Shown in pieces: positions 37,196-46,031 of a stretch of 64,000 nucleotides of DNA. Origin of the DNA: Thermoplasmata archaeon. GTDB lineage: Archaea > Thermoplasmatota > Thermoplasmata > Lutacidiplasmatales > UBA184. The position numbers and the translations under genes are program-made. Position 1 is the stretch's first letter. Each line of letters starts with the position of its first letter. The notes under the pieces are model-generated. The model saw only the letters and a program-made list of their open reading frames with translations. It did not search any database and had not been told where the DNA came from. Location of the stretch: contig JAKAUN010000012.1 in the NCBI GenBank assembly GCA_021817605.1, positions 7,507 through 71,506 of the forward strand. Direction: 5' to 3'.

Positions 37196-37210
37196 TCGAT
37201 ATAACGTCTC
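37196..37210 (-). promoter_or_regulatory. Archaeal TATA-box-like element (TTATATC) for the padR-ABC operon
   Basis: Minus strand gagacgTTATATCgaattcaatag...ATG; TATA ends ~24 nt upstream of ATG 37172. Confidence 0.5.
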
Positions 37211-37259
37211 CGTGCACCGGTGCTAGCTCCCGCCGGCGAGACGGCGGACGCTGCGAGGA

Positions 37260-38000
37260 TTATAGGTCGAAACGCTGATGGTCCTCGACAACGAGGGCGT
37301 CCGGGAAGACCGCCCGAGCCTCACGGGAGATCTCCTCGTCGGAGCCGGGGAGGTCGCCCACATGGTTGAGGAAGAGACGACGGGCCCGCATCCGGACGGC
37401 CGCGGCGGCCGCCTGCGAGCCAGTGCTGTGCCCGTACTCCCTCGCGAGCGGGGCGTGGCGGTCGGCGAACGTCGCTTCGTGGATGAGATAGTCGACCGGG
37501 AGCTCCGGAGCCGGCGAGGGCTCCCGGGTGTCCCCGGTGTAGAAGACCGAAAGATCGCCGTTCGAGAGGAGATAGCCCAGGTTGACGATCGTGTGGTCGA
37601 GGGGAACCGAGCGGATCCTCCACGGCCCGATCTTCGCGTCGATCGACTCGCCCTCGAGGACCGTGAACGGATAGAGCTCGGAGGGGTCCACCACCGTCCC
37701 TCTGACGCGGACGATCGCGTCGAGCAGGCTCTTGAAGCCGGGCGGTGCGACGACGGTGAGCGGGCGGCGGCGACCGGTGATAAGGGTGTGCAAGAGCAGG
37801 TCGGACAGACCGGCGACGTGATCGGTATGCAGATGCGAGATGAGGACGGCATCCACGCTCTCGAACTGCCCGAGGTCGTGGAGACGCCCGGTCGCTCCGG
37901 CGCCGCAGTCGAGGAGAACGCCCCCGAGGAGGGCGCTGCTGGGGTGGCGACGGTCCCCGCGGAAATTTCCCGCGCCCGTACCCAGGAAGTGAAGCTGCAT
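37260..38000 (-). CDS. MBL-fold metallo-hydrolase
   Basis: MQLHFLGTGAG...SHLHTDHVAG (HxHxDH); real ATG at 38000; the track extension upstream is junk. Confidence 0.8.
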   Translation of the reverse strand: MQLHFLGTGAGNFRGDRRHPSSALLGGVLLDCGAGATGRLHDLGQFESVDAVLISHLHTDHVAGLSDLLLHTLITGRRRPLTVVAPPGFKSLLDAIVRVRGTVVDPSELYPFTVLEGESIDAKIGPWRIRSVPLDHTIVNLGYLLSNGDLSVFYTGDTREPSPAPELPVDYLIHEATFADRHAPLAREYGHSTGSQAAAAAVRMRARRLFLNHVGDLPGSDEEISREARAVFPDALVVEDHQRFDL

Positions 38001-38184
38001 CCTGCCCCGAGGGTCGTGCCTAAAGCGTGGGCAGCAGGTAGCTCGGATAAGCCTTCGGCTTCCGGCGCCGCTCCCCACGGGGGAGGGGCGACCGAGGCGC
38101 GGAGCGCTGGGGTGGGACCCCTCGCGTCCGGGGAGGAGACCTCCACCGCCCAACGACGGGCCGCGCGCTTGGTCCGTCGCGGGC

Positions 38185-38448
38185 TCAGCCCCAACGCCAG
38201 TTCGCGCCGGTCCCGCTGGTGATCCACGCCCCGGCCATGACACCGCCCAGGAGCAGGACGGAGACGAGGAGGACTATGATGTCCTGGAAGAGCGAGAACC
38301 CCGTGGCCCAGAAACCGACGTAGAGGAGGGTGAAGACCAGCCAGGTGATCGGACCCAGGACCGAGAGAAGGACCCGCCAACGCGCGCCGGAGAGCCCCGG
38401 CTTGAGGCCCACCCCTGTCGTCGTGGTGGGCCCGGTGTGTTCGACCAT
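38185..38448 (-). CDS. Small membrane protein (2 TM), hypothetical
   Basis: MVEHTGP...WRVLLSVLGPITWLVFTLLYVGFWATGFSLFQDIIVLLVSVLLLGGVMAGAWI. Confidence 0.45.
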   Translation of the reverse strand: MVEHTGPTTTTGVGLKPGLSGARWRVLLSVLGPITWLVFTLLYVGFWATGFSLFQDIIVLLVSVLLLGGVMAGAWITSGTGANWRWG

Positions 38449-38491
38449 CTTCGAACCCGACCCCCGTGCTTCGGACCGGGCGTTCGCGCTC

Positions 38492-39097
38492 TTACGGGCG
38501 CGCGGAGCCGCGCGAGCCGACCAGCGCCTCCTGAACGACCCTGCGGGCCTCGCTCGATACGCCCGACTCGACGAAGACGTCGTCCAGAGTGAGAACCCCC
38601 TGAAGAGTGCCGTCGTCCACGACGAGCAAGCGGCGGATCTGGTGGTCACGCATCGTTCGGACCGCGTCGTCGAGGCCGACCTCGGAGCTCACGGAGACGA
38701 CCTTCGCGGTCATGCAGGAGCCTACCTCCGCATGGGGGGTGGCACGGGCTTCGGAGGCGAGGTGACGCAGGGCGAGGTCACGGTCCGTCACCACGCCGAC
38801 CAGATTGCGTCCGTCCAGGACGGGGAGCATACCGACATTTCCTTCGAGCATCCGTTCGGCGGCCTCGGCACAGGAGTCCGATCTCTGGCAGACGAGAACG
38901 TCCGTGCTCATCAGATCCCGAACCCGGGGGACCCGTTCCGTTCTGGCCCGGAGCCTGTGGAAGATCGACGTCTTCTCTACGTTCCTCCCTGCGATGGGGT
39001 GAGCTACGACTTCGCTCGACATGGCCGCTCCGGGCGGCGCAGCGACCCCGTCGAGCATAGCGCAACGGTCAACGAAGGTTGACCGAGAGAACGACAC
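38492..39097 (-). CDS. CBS domain pair protein
   Basis: Two CBS motifs (VRDLMSTDVLVC...GMLPVLDGRNLVGVVTDRDL and VGSCMTAKVVSV...RLLVVDDGTLQGVLTLDDV); true start may be the internal MSSEV (39022). Confidence 0.75.
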   Translation of the reverse strand: MSFSRSTFVDRCAMLDGVAAPPGAAMSSEVVAHPIAGRNVEKTSIFHRLRARTERVPRVRDLMSTDVLVCQRSDSCAEAAERMLEGNVGMLPVLDGRNLVGVVTDRDLALRHLASEARATPHAEVGSCMTAKVVSVSSEVGLDDAVRTMRDHQIRRLLVVDDGTLQGVLTLDDVFVESGVSSEARRVVQEALVGSRGSARP

Positions 39098-39303
39098 CCC
39101 GTGGCCACGCGATTCCAGGGACTACCACGGAGCAGGGAGGTCTCAGGGCATGGGAGCCCGGCCGAGGCTTGGGCGTTCGCCTTCGGCGTGGCGCCGTCCC
39201 CGGGAAGTGGCCCGCCCCCGGGTGCCGCTACGAGAGGGGAGGACCGAAATGATAGGGTAGGCCCTGGACAAAGCTACAAGTAGGGCCAGGGGGAGAGTCC
39301 GCC

Positions 39304-40317
39304 ATGCAGCCACGACAGCATTTGCCTGCCGTCGGCGCCGCGCGAAGCCGCTGGCCCGCGTTCGCCGGAGCCTTGGGAGTGGTAACGCTCCTCGCGCTTT
39401 CGGTGGTCGCCGTCTCCCCCTCGGTCGGGGCCTCTAGCGGCTCCGCGGGGGCCCTCCCCGCCTCGCCCCTGGGGAGCGCCTCCGCCGCACCGGCAGCCCC
39501 CGAGCAGAGCCACCCGTCCACCGCGGCCTTCGCCAACTCGACGACGCTCGTCAACGTGACCTTCGAGGCGCTTCGGTTGCCTCAGGGCTCGCTCTGGAGC
39601 GTCACCGCCGGCTCACCCGCGGTCACCACGAACAACACCACGGCCGGCGCCCAGGGGAGGATCGTCCTTCAGGCACCGGACCAGGCACAGCTCAACTTCT
39701 CGATCGCCGGCCCGGCCGGCTACGGTGTGGCCAAGGTCGTGGGTAAGGGGATTCCGAGCCAGACCTCGGACTTCATCGGCGGTACGACGCTCATCAAGGT
39801 GTTCTTTGCCCCCGTCGTCACCCTGACGTTCCGCGAGACGGGCCTCTTCCCCGGCACGGTCTGGGGGATCGCGATCCAGAGCGCCCTGCCGCACGGCGGC
39901 CCCGCCCCGCAGTCGAACAGCTCGAACGGGACGACGGTCACCTTCCAGATCGTGAAGGGAACCTATCGGTTCCAGGTAACGCCGGCCCCGACCGGCTTTA
40001 AGGCCCTTCCCGCCCGCGGCCACGTCGGCACGGGCCACCCGATGAAGATGATCAAGTTCCGGCTGGTGAGCTCGATGGTCCTCTTCCGGGAATCCGGCCT
40101 GTCGGCCGGGACCCGTTGGCAGGTGAACGTTACGGGCTCACTCGTCAGCGAGAGCCTCAACTCGACCTCCGGAGCGATCCGGTTCCACCTGCCCGCAGGC
40201 AACTACACCTTCACGGTCTGGAACTTCACGACGCTTCATCCCACTCCCGAGAGCGGCACGCTCAGCGTGACCGCCCCGTCCCACGCGACGGTCGTCAAGA
40301 TCACGTACGCGAGCTAG
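39304..40317 (+). CDS. Secreted repeat-module surface glycoprotein
   Basis: Signal peptide AFAGALGVVTLLALSVVAVSPSVGA; modules VTLTFRETGLFPGTVWGIAIQS / MVLFRESGLSAGTRWQVNVTGS...YTFTVWNFT share the motif with the 16611..18490 protein; many sequons. Confidence 0.8.
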   Translation: MQPRQHLPAVGAARSRWPAFAGALGVVTLLALSVVAVSPSVGASSGSAGALPASPLGSASAAPAAPEQSHPSTAAFANSTTLVNVTFEALRLPQGSLWSVTAGSPAVTTNNTTAGAQGRIVLQAPDQAQLNFSIAGPAGYGVAKVVGKGIPSQTSDFIGGTTLIKVFFAPVVTLTFRETGLFPGTVWGIAIQSALPHGGPAPQSNSSNGTTVTFQIVKGTYRFQVTPAPTGFKALPARGHVGTGHPMKMIKFRLVSSMVLFRESGLSAGTRWQVNVTGSLVSESLNSTSGAIRFHLPAGNYTFTVWNFTTLHPTPESGTLSVTAPSHATVVKITYAS

Positions 40318-40394
40318 GCCGGGACGCGGGAGCCCCCGGGCCCGCCCCTCCAGGGACGGGCGAACCACTTCCACGACATCTTCTGCTCAACGGA

Positions 40395-40415
40395 GGGGAG
40401 ACAGGCCGTCTCCCC
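40395..40415 (+). terminator. GC-rich hairpin downstream of 39304..40317 (possible terminator)
   Basis: ggggagac-aggcc-gtctcccc, 78 nt after stop. Confidence 0.2.
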
Positions 40416-40791
40416 GTGCCCGGCCTCCGCTTTCGAAGAAGGGCCGAAGAGGGTCAGGACGTTTCCCACGCCGCAGGGGACGCTGAGCGCCGTCGCCCTC
40501 GAGGGGAGAGATGGGATTCCCCTCGTTCGCGAGGCGAGCACCACCGGCAAGGCAATCCCTCTCCTGCCCAAGGACGCGGGTCGTGAGCCCCTACCGCGAG
40601 GAGGAGCAAGGGCTGTCGGCGTGGAAGCGAGCCCACCGGGACGGGGGGGCCTCCAGCCGCTGTGACCGAGAGCGAACTTCGGGCCGTCCGTGAGGAGCTT
40701 GGGGTTCCGTCCGAAACGCTCCCGCGCCCTAGCCAGCCGTAAAGAGTCGACCCCTGGAGGAGAGAGATGAAGGAAGTGGTTAGGCCAACGC

Positions 40792-40811
40792 CCACCCGCG
40801 TTCGCGGGTGG
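40792..40811 (-). terminator. Perfect 9-bp GC hairpin 18 nt downstream of zinc-ribbon gene stop
   Basis: ccacccgcg-tt-cgcgggtgg followed on the minus strand by a pyrimidine-rich tract. Confidence 0.3.
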
Positions 40812-40828
40812 GGTTGCTCGTGGCGGGA

Positions 40829-41059
40829 CTATTCCTTCTTCTCTTCCTCAGAGCCCTTGTAGCCCTTCTTGGCCCCGGAGGCCAGTCCCTTGAGCCCGCC
40901 GACGAGCCCGTGACCGACCTTGCCGGCGACCACGCCGGTCTCCTTCGCCACGTGCATCGTTGCCGAGCCCGCGCGCTGGGAGGAGCTTGTCTCCCTCCCG
41001 CACGCCGCGCACGTCTTTGCTCCCTCGGCCAGCTCCGCGCCGCAACCTTCGCACTTCAT
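40829..41059 (-). CDS. Small zinc-ribbon protein
   Basis: MKCEGCGAELAEGAKTCAACG (CxxC-x12-CxxC) then G/K-rich tail; codon usage consistent with the genome. Confidence 0.5.
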   Translation of the reverse strand: MKCEGCGAELAEGAKTCAACGRETSSSQRAGSATMHVAKETGVVAGKVGHGLVGGLKGLASGAKKGYKGSEEEKKE

Positions 41060-41305
41060 GGGTGGCTCCGACAGAAAACATCGCGACGGGAGTACTTCAT
41101 AGTTGGGAACTGGGGGGACTCATGGCCGGCGGTGTCCCGGCCCGGGGGGCCTTTCGCTCCTGACGCGTTCCTCCGGTCTGATCCCAGGGGGTGCCGGGCG
41201 GACAGGCCGCTGGTGTCGGAGCGGGTCGTCCCCTCTGCTGCGGTCTAAGGGCCGCAGCGCGCGGCTCGAGGGTCGGCAGCCTCGGCTAGCCCGGTAGGTC
41301 GGACC

Positions 41306-41734
41306 TCAGGCCTGCGCCGTGGTTGCGTCGATCGCTGCGCGTAGCAGGCCCTCCACTTCCCTGCCGAGCCCCGTGAGAGAAGGCAGCGGAAGGAGCGCCT
41401 TGAGCGCCGTGGTCGGCCGTTGCAGCGCGATCAGGGTACGAGCTCCTTCCTTCGCCACCACGATCTTGCACGGAAGCAGGAGGGAGGCATCCCGGCTTAC
41501 CGTGAGGGCGTGGTGGGCGTGGCGTGGGGAGCAGACATCCAGGATGACCAGCGGGTCGATCCGTTCGGGGATACTCTTCTCCAGGATCTCGTGGACGCGC
41601 AGCGTCGCAAGGACCCCGAAGCCACGCTGCTTGAGCTCGGAGGTGAGTCGCTCCAGGGCCGCGTCAACACTGCCGGGATACGGCCGGCTGTAGGAGAGTT
41701 CGGTCGTGCCTTCGTGCAGCGAGTTAGCGGCCAT
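41306..41734 (-). CDS. DUF302 domain protein
   Basis: GFGVLATLRVHEIL...PLVILDVCSPRHAHHALT...LLLPCKIVV. Confidence 0.8.
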   Translation of the reverse strand: MAANSLHEGTTELSYSRPYPGSVDAALERLTSELKQRGFGVLATLRVHEILEKSIPERIDPLVILDVCSPRHAHHALTVSRDASLLLPCKIVVAKEGARTLIALQRPTTALKALLPLPSLTGLGREVEGLLRAAIDATTAQA

Positions 41735-41865
41735 GCCGGCCCAAGCCCGCTCGGGCCGATAGGGCTAGCCCCTTCACCCCTCGGGAAGGGGGAAGCCGCG
41801 CCGCGGTCCCGGTCCGGCGGACCTCCGAGCGGGTAACGCCATCCCATCCCCGTCCCTGGGGAGGC

Positions 41866-42168
41866 ATGGACGAGGGAGTGGCGATCCCCATCACCGCACG
41901 CCCGGGCAGCGCGCGCGAGGCGATCGCCTGGGACCCCTGGCGACGCTCTTGGGTGGTCAGGGTGCGTGCGCGCCCGGTCCAGGGAGAGGCCAACGACGCG
42001 ATCCTCCGTGCTCTTGCCGTCTGGCTCGGGGTCAGGCCCTCCGACGTCAGCTGGCTCCGGGCGGGGAAGGGTAGCTCCAAACTCGCGCGCGCAAGGGGTG
42101 TCGGCCCGGAGGAAGTCGAGCGGCGACTCAGGGAAGCCTGCGCCCGCACGGACGGTACGACGCGCTAG
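41866..42168 (+). CDS. DUF167/YggU-family protein
   Basis: VRVRARPVQGEANDAILRALAVWLGVRPSDVSWLRAGKGSSKLARA. Confidence 0.7.
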   Translation: MDEGVAIPITARPGSAREAIAWDPWRRSWVVRVRARPVQGEANDAILRALAVWLGVRPSDVSWLRAGKGSSKLARARGVGPEEVERRLREACARTDGTTR

Positions 42169-43046
42169 CCGTCGAGGGTGCGCCGTTGGGGCGCGTAGGC
42201 GATCGGAGGAAGGCCCCTCGCGCGGCGGAAGTCGTTCAGCGAAGCCGGGGCAAAGCCCGCGAAGTGGTTGTTGAAGAAGACGAAGGCGGCCGCGAGCCCC
42301 TTTAGTCGGTCGCGAAGGCGTGTCGCCCAGCGGTCGACCGCCTCCGTCCGGTCGACACGCACCTCGCCGTGCGTGACCGCGGGGACACTCGTGTGGTCCC
42401 CGATGAACCGGAGGTAGACGAAGTCCGAAGTGACGGCAGGGGGAACGTCCACGTAGGTGAGATACGACCAGGCGAGCGCGACCCGACGTTCGGAGAGGGA
42501 GCGTTGGAGGCGCTCGAAGATCTCCCCCGAGAACCAACCAGCGTCACGGAGTTCGACCGAGTAACGGACGCGGGGCTCGAGCCGGCCGAGGAGCTCGTCG
42601 AGAAAGGGGCTCGCCCTACCGGGCTTGAACCAGGGGGGGAACTGGAGGAGCACCGCTCCGAGCTTCGGCCCCAATAGGGTCACGGTCTCGAGGAAGGCGG
42701 CGATCCTCTCGGTTCGGAGAGCCCGTCTCGGGTCGAGCAGTTCGCGCGGGAACTTGAGCGTGAAGCAGAACCCCGGGGGGCTCACCCGCGCCCACCGTCG
42801 GACGAGGTCGGCGGAAGGGGCACGGTAGTAGGTAGCGTCGACCTCGACGCTGTCCCAGAAGCGCGCGTACCAAGCAAGGCGATCGGCGTCAGGCAAGCCC
42901 TCGGGGTAGACCCGGCCCACCCACGCCTCGGAGGTCCATGAGGAGCAACCGATCCGGAGCTTGGAGCCGGCAGGGGGCGCGCTCGTTTCCCGATCCCGTC
43001 CCCGACCGGTAGCGGAGGCGTCCGGCAGCGGGTCGTTGGGGAGCAT
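42165..43046 (-). CDS. DUF72 family protein
   Basis: LRIGCSSWTSEAWVGRVYP...WYARFWDSVEVDATYYRAPS...FCFTLKFPREL. Confidence 0.85.
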   Translation of the reverse strand: MLPNDPLPDASATGRGRDRETSAPPAGSKLRIGCSSWTSEAWVGRVYPEGLPDADRLAWYARFWDSVEVDATYYRAPSADLVRRWARVSPPGFCFTLKFPRELLDPRRALRTERIAAFLETVTLLGPKLGAVLLQFPPWFKPGRASPFLDELLGRLEPRVRYSVELRDAGWFSGEIFERLQRSLSERRVALAWSYLTYVDVPPAVTSDFVYLRFIGDHTSVPAVTHGEVRVDRTEAVDRWATRLRDRLKGLAAAFVFFNNHFAGFAPASLNDFRRARGLPPIAYAPQRRTLDG

Positions 43047-43208
43047 CTCCGACCATCGAAGGGCTCAGCGACAGCCCTCTTGGTCATCTCGGGAGACGGC
43101 TTAAGCCCCCTACCGGGCACGGCTTCGCGGGGTTTGCACCACGAATTTCGAGCCGCGCACCAAAAAGCGATTCACCCCCCATCCGGTAGTTCTCACGATG
43201 GAGACACG

Positions 43209-43808
43209 ATGAGAGGTAGAGCAATCTATTGGGCCCTGGGGGTGGGGGCGCTCCTGGTCGTCGCGACGACGGTCGGGGCGGCCGCTCTTGCCACTCCTTA
43301 CGGGAAGCCCACAGCGTTGTCCTCCTGCTCGACGGCGACAAGTTTGCCTCAGGGCGCGGGGAGCGCTGGAACGACCCACCCATTTGACGACAACAACTCG
43401 ACCAACGGATCGGGGGGAACCGACCAAAACCAGTCCGGGGACAACAACTCCGGCGACAACCAGACCGGTAGCAACGACTCCGGCGGCAATCAGACCGCCG
43501 AGAACGACTCCGGCGACAACCAGACCGCCGAGAACGACTCCGGCGACAACCAGACCGCCGAGAACGATTCCGGCAGCAACCAGACCGCCGAGAACGACTC
43601 CGGCGACAACCAGACCGCCGAGAACCACTCCGGCGACAACCAGACCGCCGACAACAACACGTGGGATAACGAGACGAGCGACAACGGCAGCGCGGACAAC
43701 GGAACGGTCGGTCTGCAGTCAGGCGTTGAGTCCACCTCGCCTGTGTGCTCCTCGACCGCCACCGCTCCCACGCCGCTGAGCCCCGGCCCGGGCGGGAGGA
43801 CCGACTGA
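43209..43808 (+). CDS. Secreted Asn/Ser/Thr-rich repeat protein ([NQTAENDSGD]n sequon array), possible lipoprotein
   Basis: Signal peptide MRGRAIYWALGVGALLVVATTVGAAALA, then LSSC; ~7 tandem decapeptides each carrying two N-x-S/T sequons; GGAGA 5 nt upstream of ATG. Confidence 0.7.
   Translation: MRGRAIYWALGVGALLVVATTVGAAALATPYGKPTALSSCSTATSLPQGAGSAGTTHPFDDNNSTNGSGGTDQNQSGDNNSGDNQTGSNDSGGNQTAENDSGDNQTAENDSGDNQTAENDSGSNQTAENDSGDNQTAENHSGDNQTADNNTWDNETSDNGSADNGTVGLQSGVESTSPVCSSTATAPTPLSPGPGGRTD
43441..43650 (+). repeat. Tandem 30-bp direct repeat array (~7 units, 5 near-perfect) inside the CDS
   Basis: Unit agaacgactccggcgacaaccagaccgccg repeated from 43501 with 1-2 substitutions per unit; degenerate units from 43441. 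Confidence 0.8.
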
Positions 43809-44152
43809 GCCACCCCAGGCTCAGGAGAAACGAAGAAGACCAACTGCCGAACCCCCGGCAGGGGCTTAGGGACTGACCCTCCCACGGCCCCCTGCCGGGG
43901 AAGACCTTGCCCCAAGGAGATCGTCCCGCAGGAGCGAGGCCTGACGGTGGAGGATACGAACGATGATGATGGCAGACCGACCCGCTCTATGGGCGGCTAC
44001 GACCCAGCCAGGGTCGCTCTCCCACCGCCCCCTAACCATCCCCCGTGCGCGGGTTTCGGCCGCGGGGGGGCTCCTTCCAGGTCCAGGGGTACCCGCCCCG
44101 AAGGGTCTCGAGGGGACTAGGCTAAGATGGCCAGGACGGTCTCGGCCCTACG

Positions 44153-44443
44153 ATGAGCCTCGTCGCCGAATCCCTCGCGGTCCTCCTCACCGGCCTCGCG
44201 GCCATCCTCGCTTCGGTCGGTGCCAGTGCCGCGGCACGCCTGCGCGATCGCCGTCTCGGCTTTGTCTCGGCGGCCATGTTCTTGCTGGCAGCTTTGGGAG
44301 TCCTATCGTTCCTGCACGAGACCTCCCCTCGCTACGGCAAACCGTTCGAGGTCGCCCCCATCCCCCTCGCCCTCGCCCTGGGGGCCGCGGTCCTCCTCTA
44401 TGGTTCGCTCCTCCGTCGGGCGCCGACCAAATCGCCCCCCTAG
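44153..44443 (+). CDS. Small membrane protein (3 TM), first gene of a three-gene cassette
   Basis: LAVLLTGLAAILASVGA / FVSAAMFLLAALGVLSFL / IPLALALGAAVLLYGSLL; stop TAG two nt before the next ATG. Confidence 0.55.
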   Translation: MSLVAESLAVLLTGLAAILASVGASAAARLRDRRLGFVSAAMFLLAALGVLSFLHETSPRYGKPFEVAPIPLALALGAAVLLYGSLLRRAPTKSPP

Positions 44444-44445
44444 GG

Positions 44446-44967
44446 ATGGACGACGTCCTTTCCCAGCCCACGCGCCGACGACTCTACGAGCTCGTCGGCA
44501 GCCATCCCGGGTCGAGCGCCCGGGAGATCCAGCGGCTCTCCGGACTCGCCTGGGGGGAGACCGCCTACCACCTCGACCAGCTGATCCAGGCGGGGCTGCT
44601 CCGCCGCGAGCGAGGGGGGAGGAGAGATTACTACTTCCAGCTCGACATGACTTGGGAGGACCGACGCGTTCTGCTCACGCTTCGGAGCCCGATGGAGCGA
44701 AAGATCCTGGTCGAGCTGGTCCAATCCCCCGGGCTCACGCTCACCGAACTCAGGGACAGGACCCAGACGAGCGTCTCCACGGTCTCCTCGCACCTGCGAC
44801 GCCTCCTCGCGCTGGGCCTGGTGGAATCCGACAAGAGCACGAACTACCGCCAGTACCGGCCCGCGCACCCGCTCCGGGTGGCGCTGCTGCTCCAGAAGTA
44901 CCAGGGGTCTTTCCGGGATCGCTTGGTCGATCGTTTCATCGAAACATGGAGGGAGCTGATCGGATGA
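44446..44967 (+). CDS. Tandem winged-HTH transcriptional regulator (ArsR/HTH_20-like x2)
   Basis: RRLYELVGSHPGSSAREIQRLSGLAWGETAYHLDQLIQAGLLRRE and MERKILVELVQSPGLTLTELRDRTQTSVSTVSSHLRRLLALGLVE; real ATG at 44446 (the track ORF's N-terminal part is another frame). Confidence 0.75.
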   Translation: MDDVLSQPTRRRLYELVGSHPGSSAREIQRLSGLAWGETAYHLDQLIQAGLLRRERGGRRDYYFQLDMTWEDRRVLLTLRSPMERKILVELVQSPGLTLTELRDRTQTSVSTVSSHLRRLLALGLVESDKSTNYRQYRPAHPLRVALLLQKYQGSFRDRLVDRFIETWRELIG

Positions 44968-46031
44968 AGGCCGACAGGGCCGGGTCCTTCGGGCTGCCCG
45001 GGAGGGGGACGAGGGGTCTCCCCCAGGGACGCGCCTTGGCGGCGTGGCTCGGGATAGGGATCGGACTGCTGGTCGTCGTTTCTACCGCTGCCCCGGGAGC
45101 CCTCAGCGGAGTCCCCCACGCGGGGCTCCCGCTCCGGGCCGGACCGTGGGTCCCTGCCGCGACGGTCACGGGAACCTGGCAGAACGGCGTCATCCGTGTC
45201 GACTTCCCGACGAGCGGACCCACGATGACCATCTCCTCGATCGCCAACCCGCGAGTGGAGACCACCGTGGGACTCCACGGCCTCGCGGAGGTCGCTCCCA
45301 ACGGGAGCTACACCGTCTATGCCTCGTTCGACAATCCGAACGCGACCTGGCATGTCACCCCCAAGGTCGGCGCGCACGGCTCCGTCGATCTCACCTTCCA
45401 AGGGAAGATCCCCGAGGTCCAGACCGCCGGGGTCTGGGAGTCGGGGGACGACGGGGGCGACGCCGGCACCGTGGTCGGCAACGCCAGCGTTCGCACCGAC
45501 GTCTACCTCAACGGCTCCTTGTCTCCCAGCGCGAGTGCCGCCCGCATCTCCGTCCAGGCGAACTGGACCTGGGAGAGCCCGCAGGATTCCCTGGGTCTAT
45601 CGATGAGCCTTCACGCCGCCCGGCACACCCGCATCGCCTCGGGCATCGGACCGTCCGGCACCCTCCTCCAGGAGCTGGCGAACAGCACCGGCAAGCCGGT
45701 CGCCTCCCTCTCCTGGGCGAGGGCGGCGACGGTGCGCTTCGGTACCGGCATCAACAGCTCGAGCAGTGTCGCCTCCTACGCGACGACCGTCACGAACGGC
45801 TCGAACTCCACGGTCCGGCTGCTCTTCGGCAACGTGAGCGGAGGCTACGACTCGGTCGACTACGACCCTTGGATCGCTCTCAACCTCGGGGCGTTCGTCG
45901 TGGAACCCCCCGCGGCGTGGTCGATCGGCGTTCACGGATGGATCGTTCTCGGAGCTGCCCTCGCGACGGTGTCGGCTCTCGCGGTCGTCGCGGCCCGGCG
46001 GCACAGGTCCCAACCGGACGAGCTCGGCTAG
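44964..46031 (+). CDS. Surface glycoprotein with signal peptide and C-terminal TM anchor
   Basis: ATGA overlap with regulator stop, GGAGGG RBS 11 nt upstream; ...AWLGIGIGLLVVVSTAAPGA signal; C-terminal WIVLGAALATVSALAVVAARRHR; multiple sequons. Confidence 0.8.
   Translation: MKADRAGSFGLPGRGTRGLPQGRALAAWLGIGIGLLVVVSTAAPGALSGVPHAGLPLRAGPWVPAATVTGTWQNGVIRVDFPTSGPTMTISSIANPRVETTVGLHGLAEVAPNGSYTVYASFDNPNATWHVTPKVGAHGSVDLTFQGKIPEVQTAGVWESGDDGGDAGTVVGNASVRTDVYLNGSLSPSASAARISVQANWTWESPQDSLGLSMSLHAARHTRIASGIGPSGTLLQELANSTGKPVASLSWARAATVRFGTGINSSSSVASYATTVTNGSNSTVRLLFGNVSGGYDSVDYDPWIALNLGAFVVEPPAAWSIGVHGWIVLGAALATVSALAVVAARRHRSQPDELG

Noticed and set aside
37223-38380. 385-aa (-) and 314-aa (+) ORFs
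   Set aside because: Frame shadows of the MBL-fold hydrolase gene, whose HxHxDH motif fixes the true frame (37260..38000)
40767-40862. 31-codon ORF with GGAGGAGAGAG RBS
   Set aside because: Overlaps the 3' end and terminator hairpin of the zinc-ribbon gene on the other strand; no conservation evidence; probably a fortuitous RBS
43441-43650. Possible CRISPR-like array
   Set aside because: Perfect tandem direct repeats without spacers, in frame inside a secreted-protein CDS; a coding minisatellite, not CRISPR
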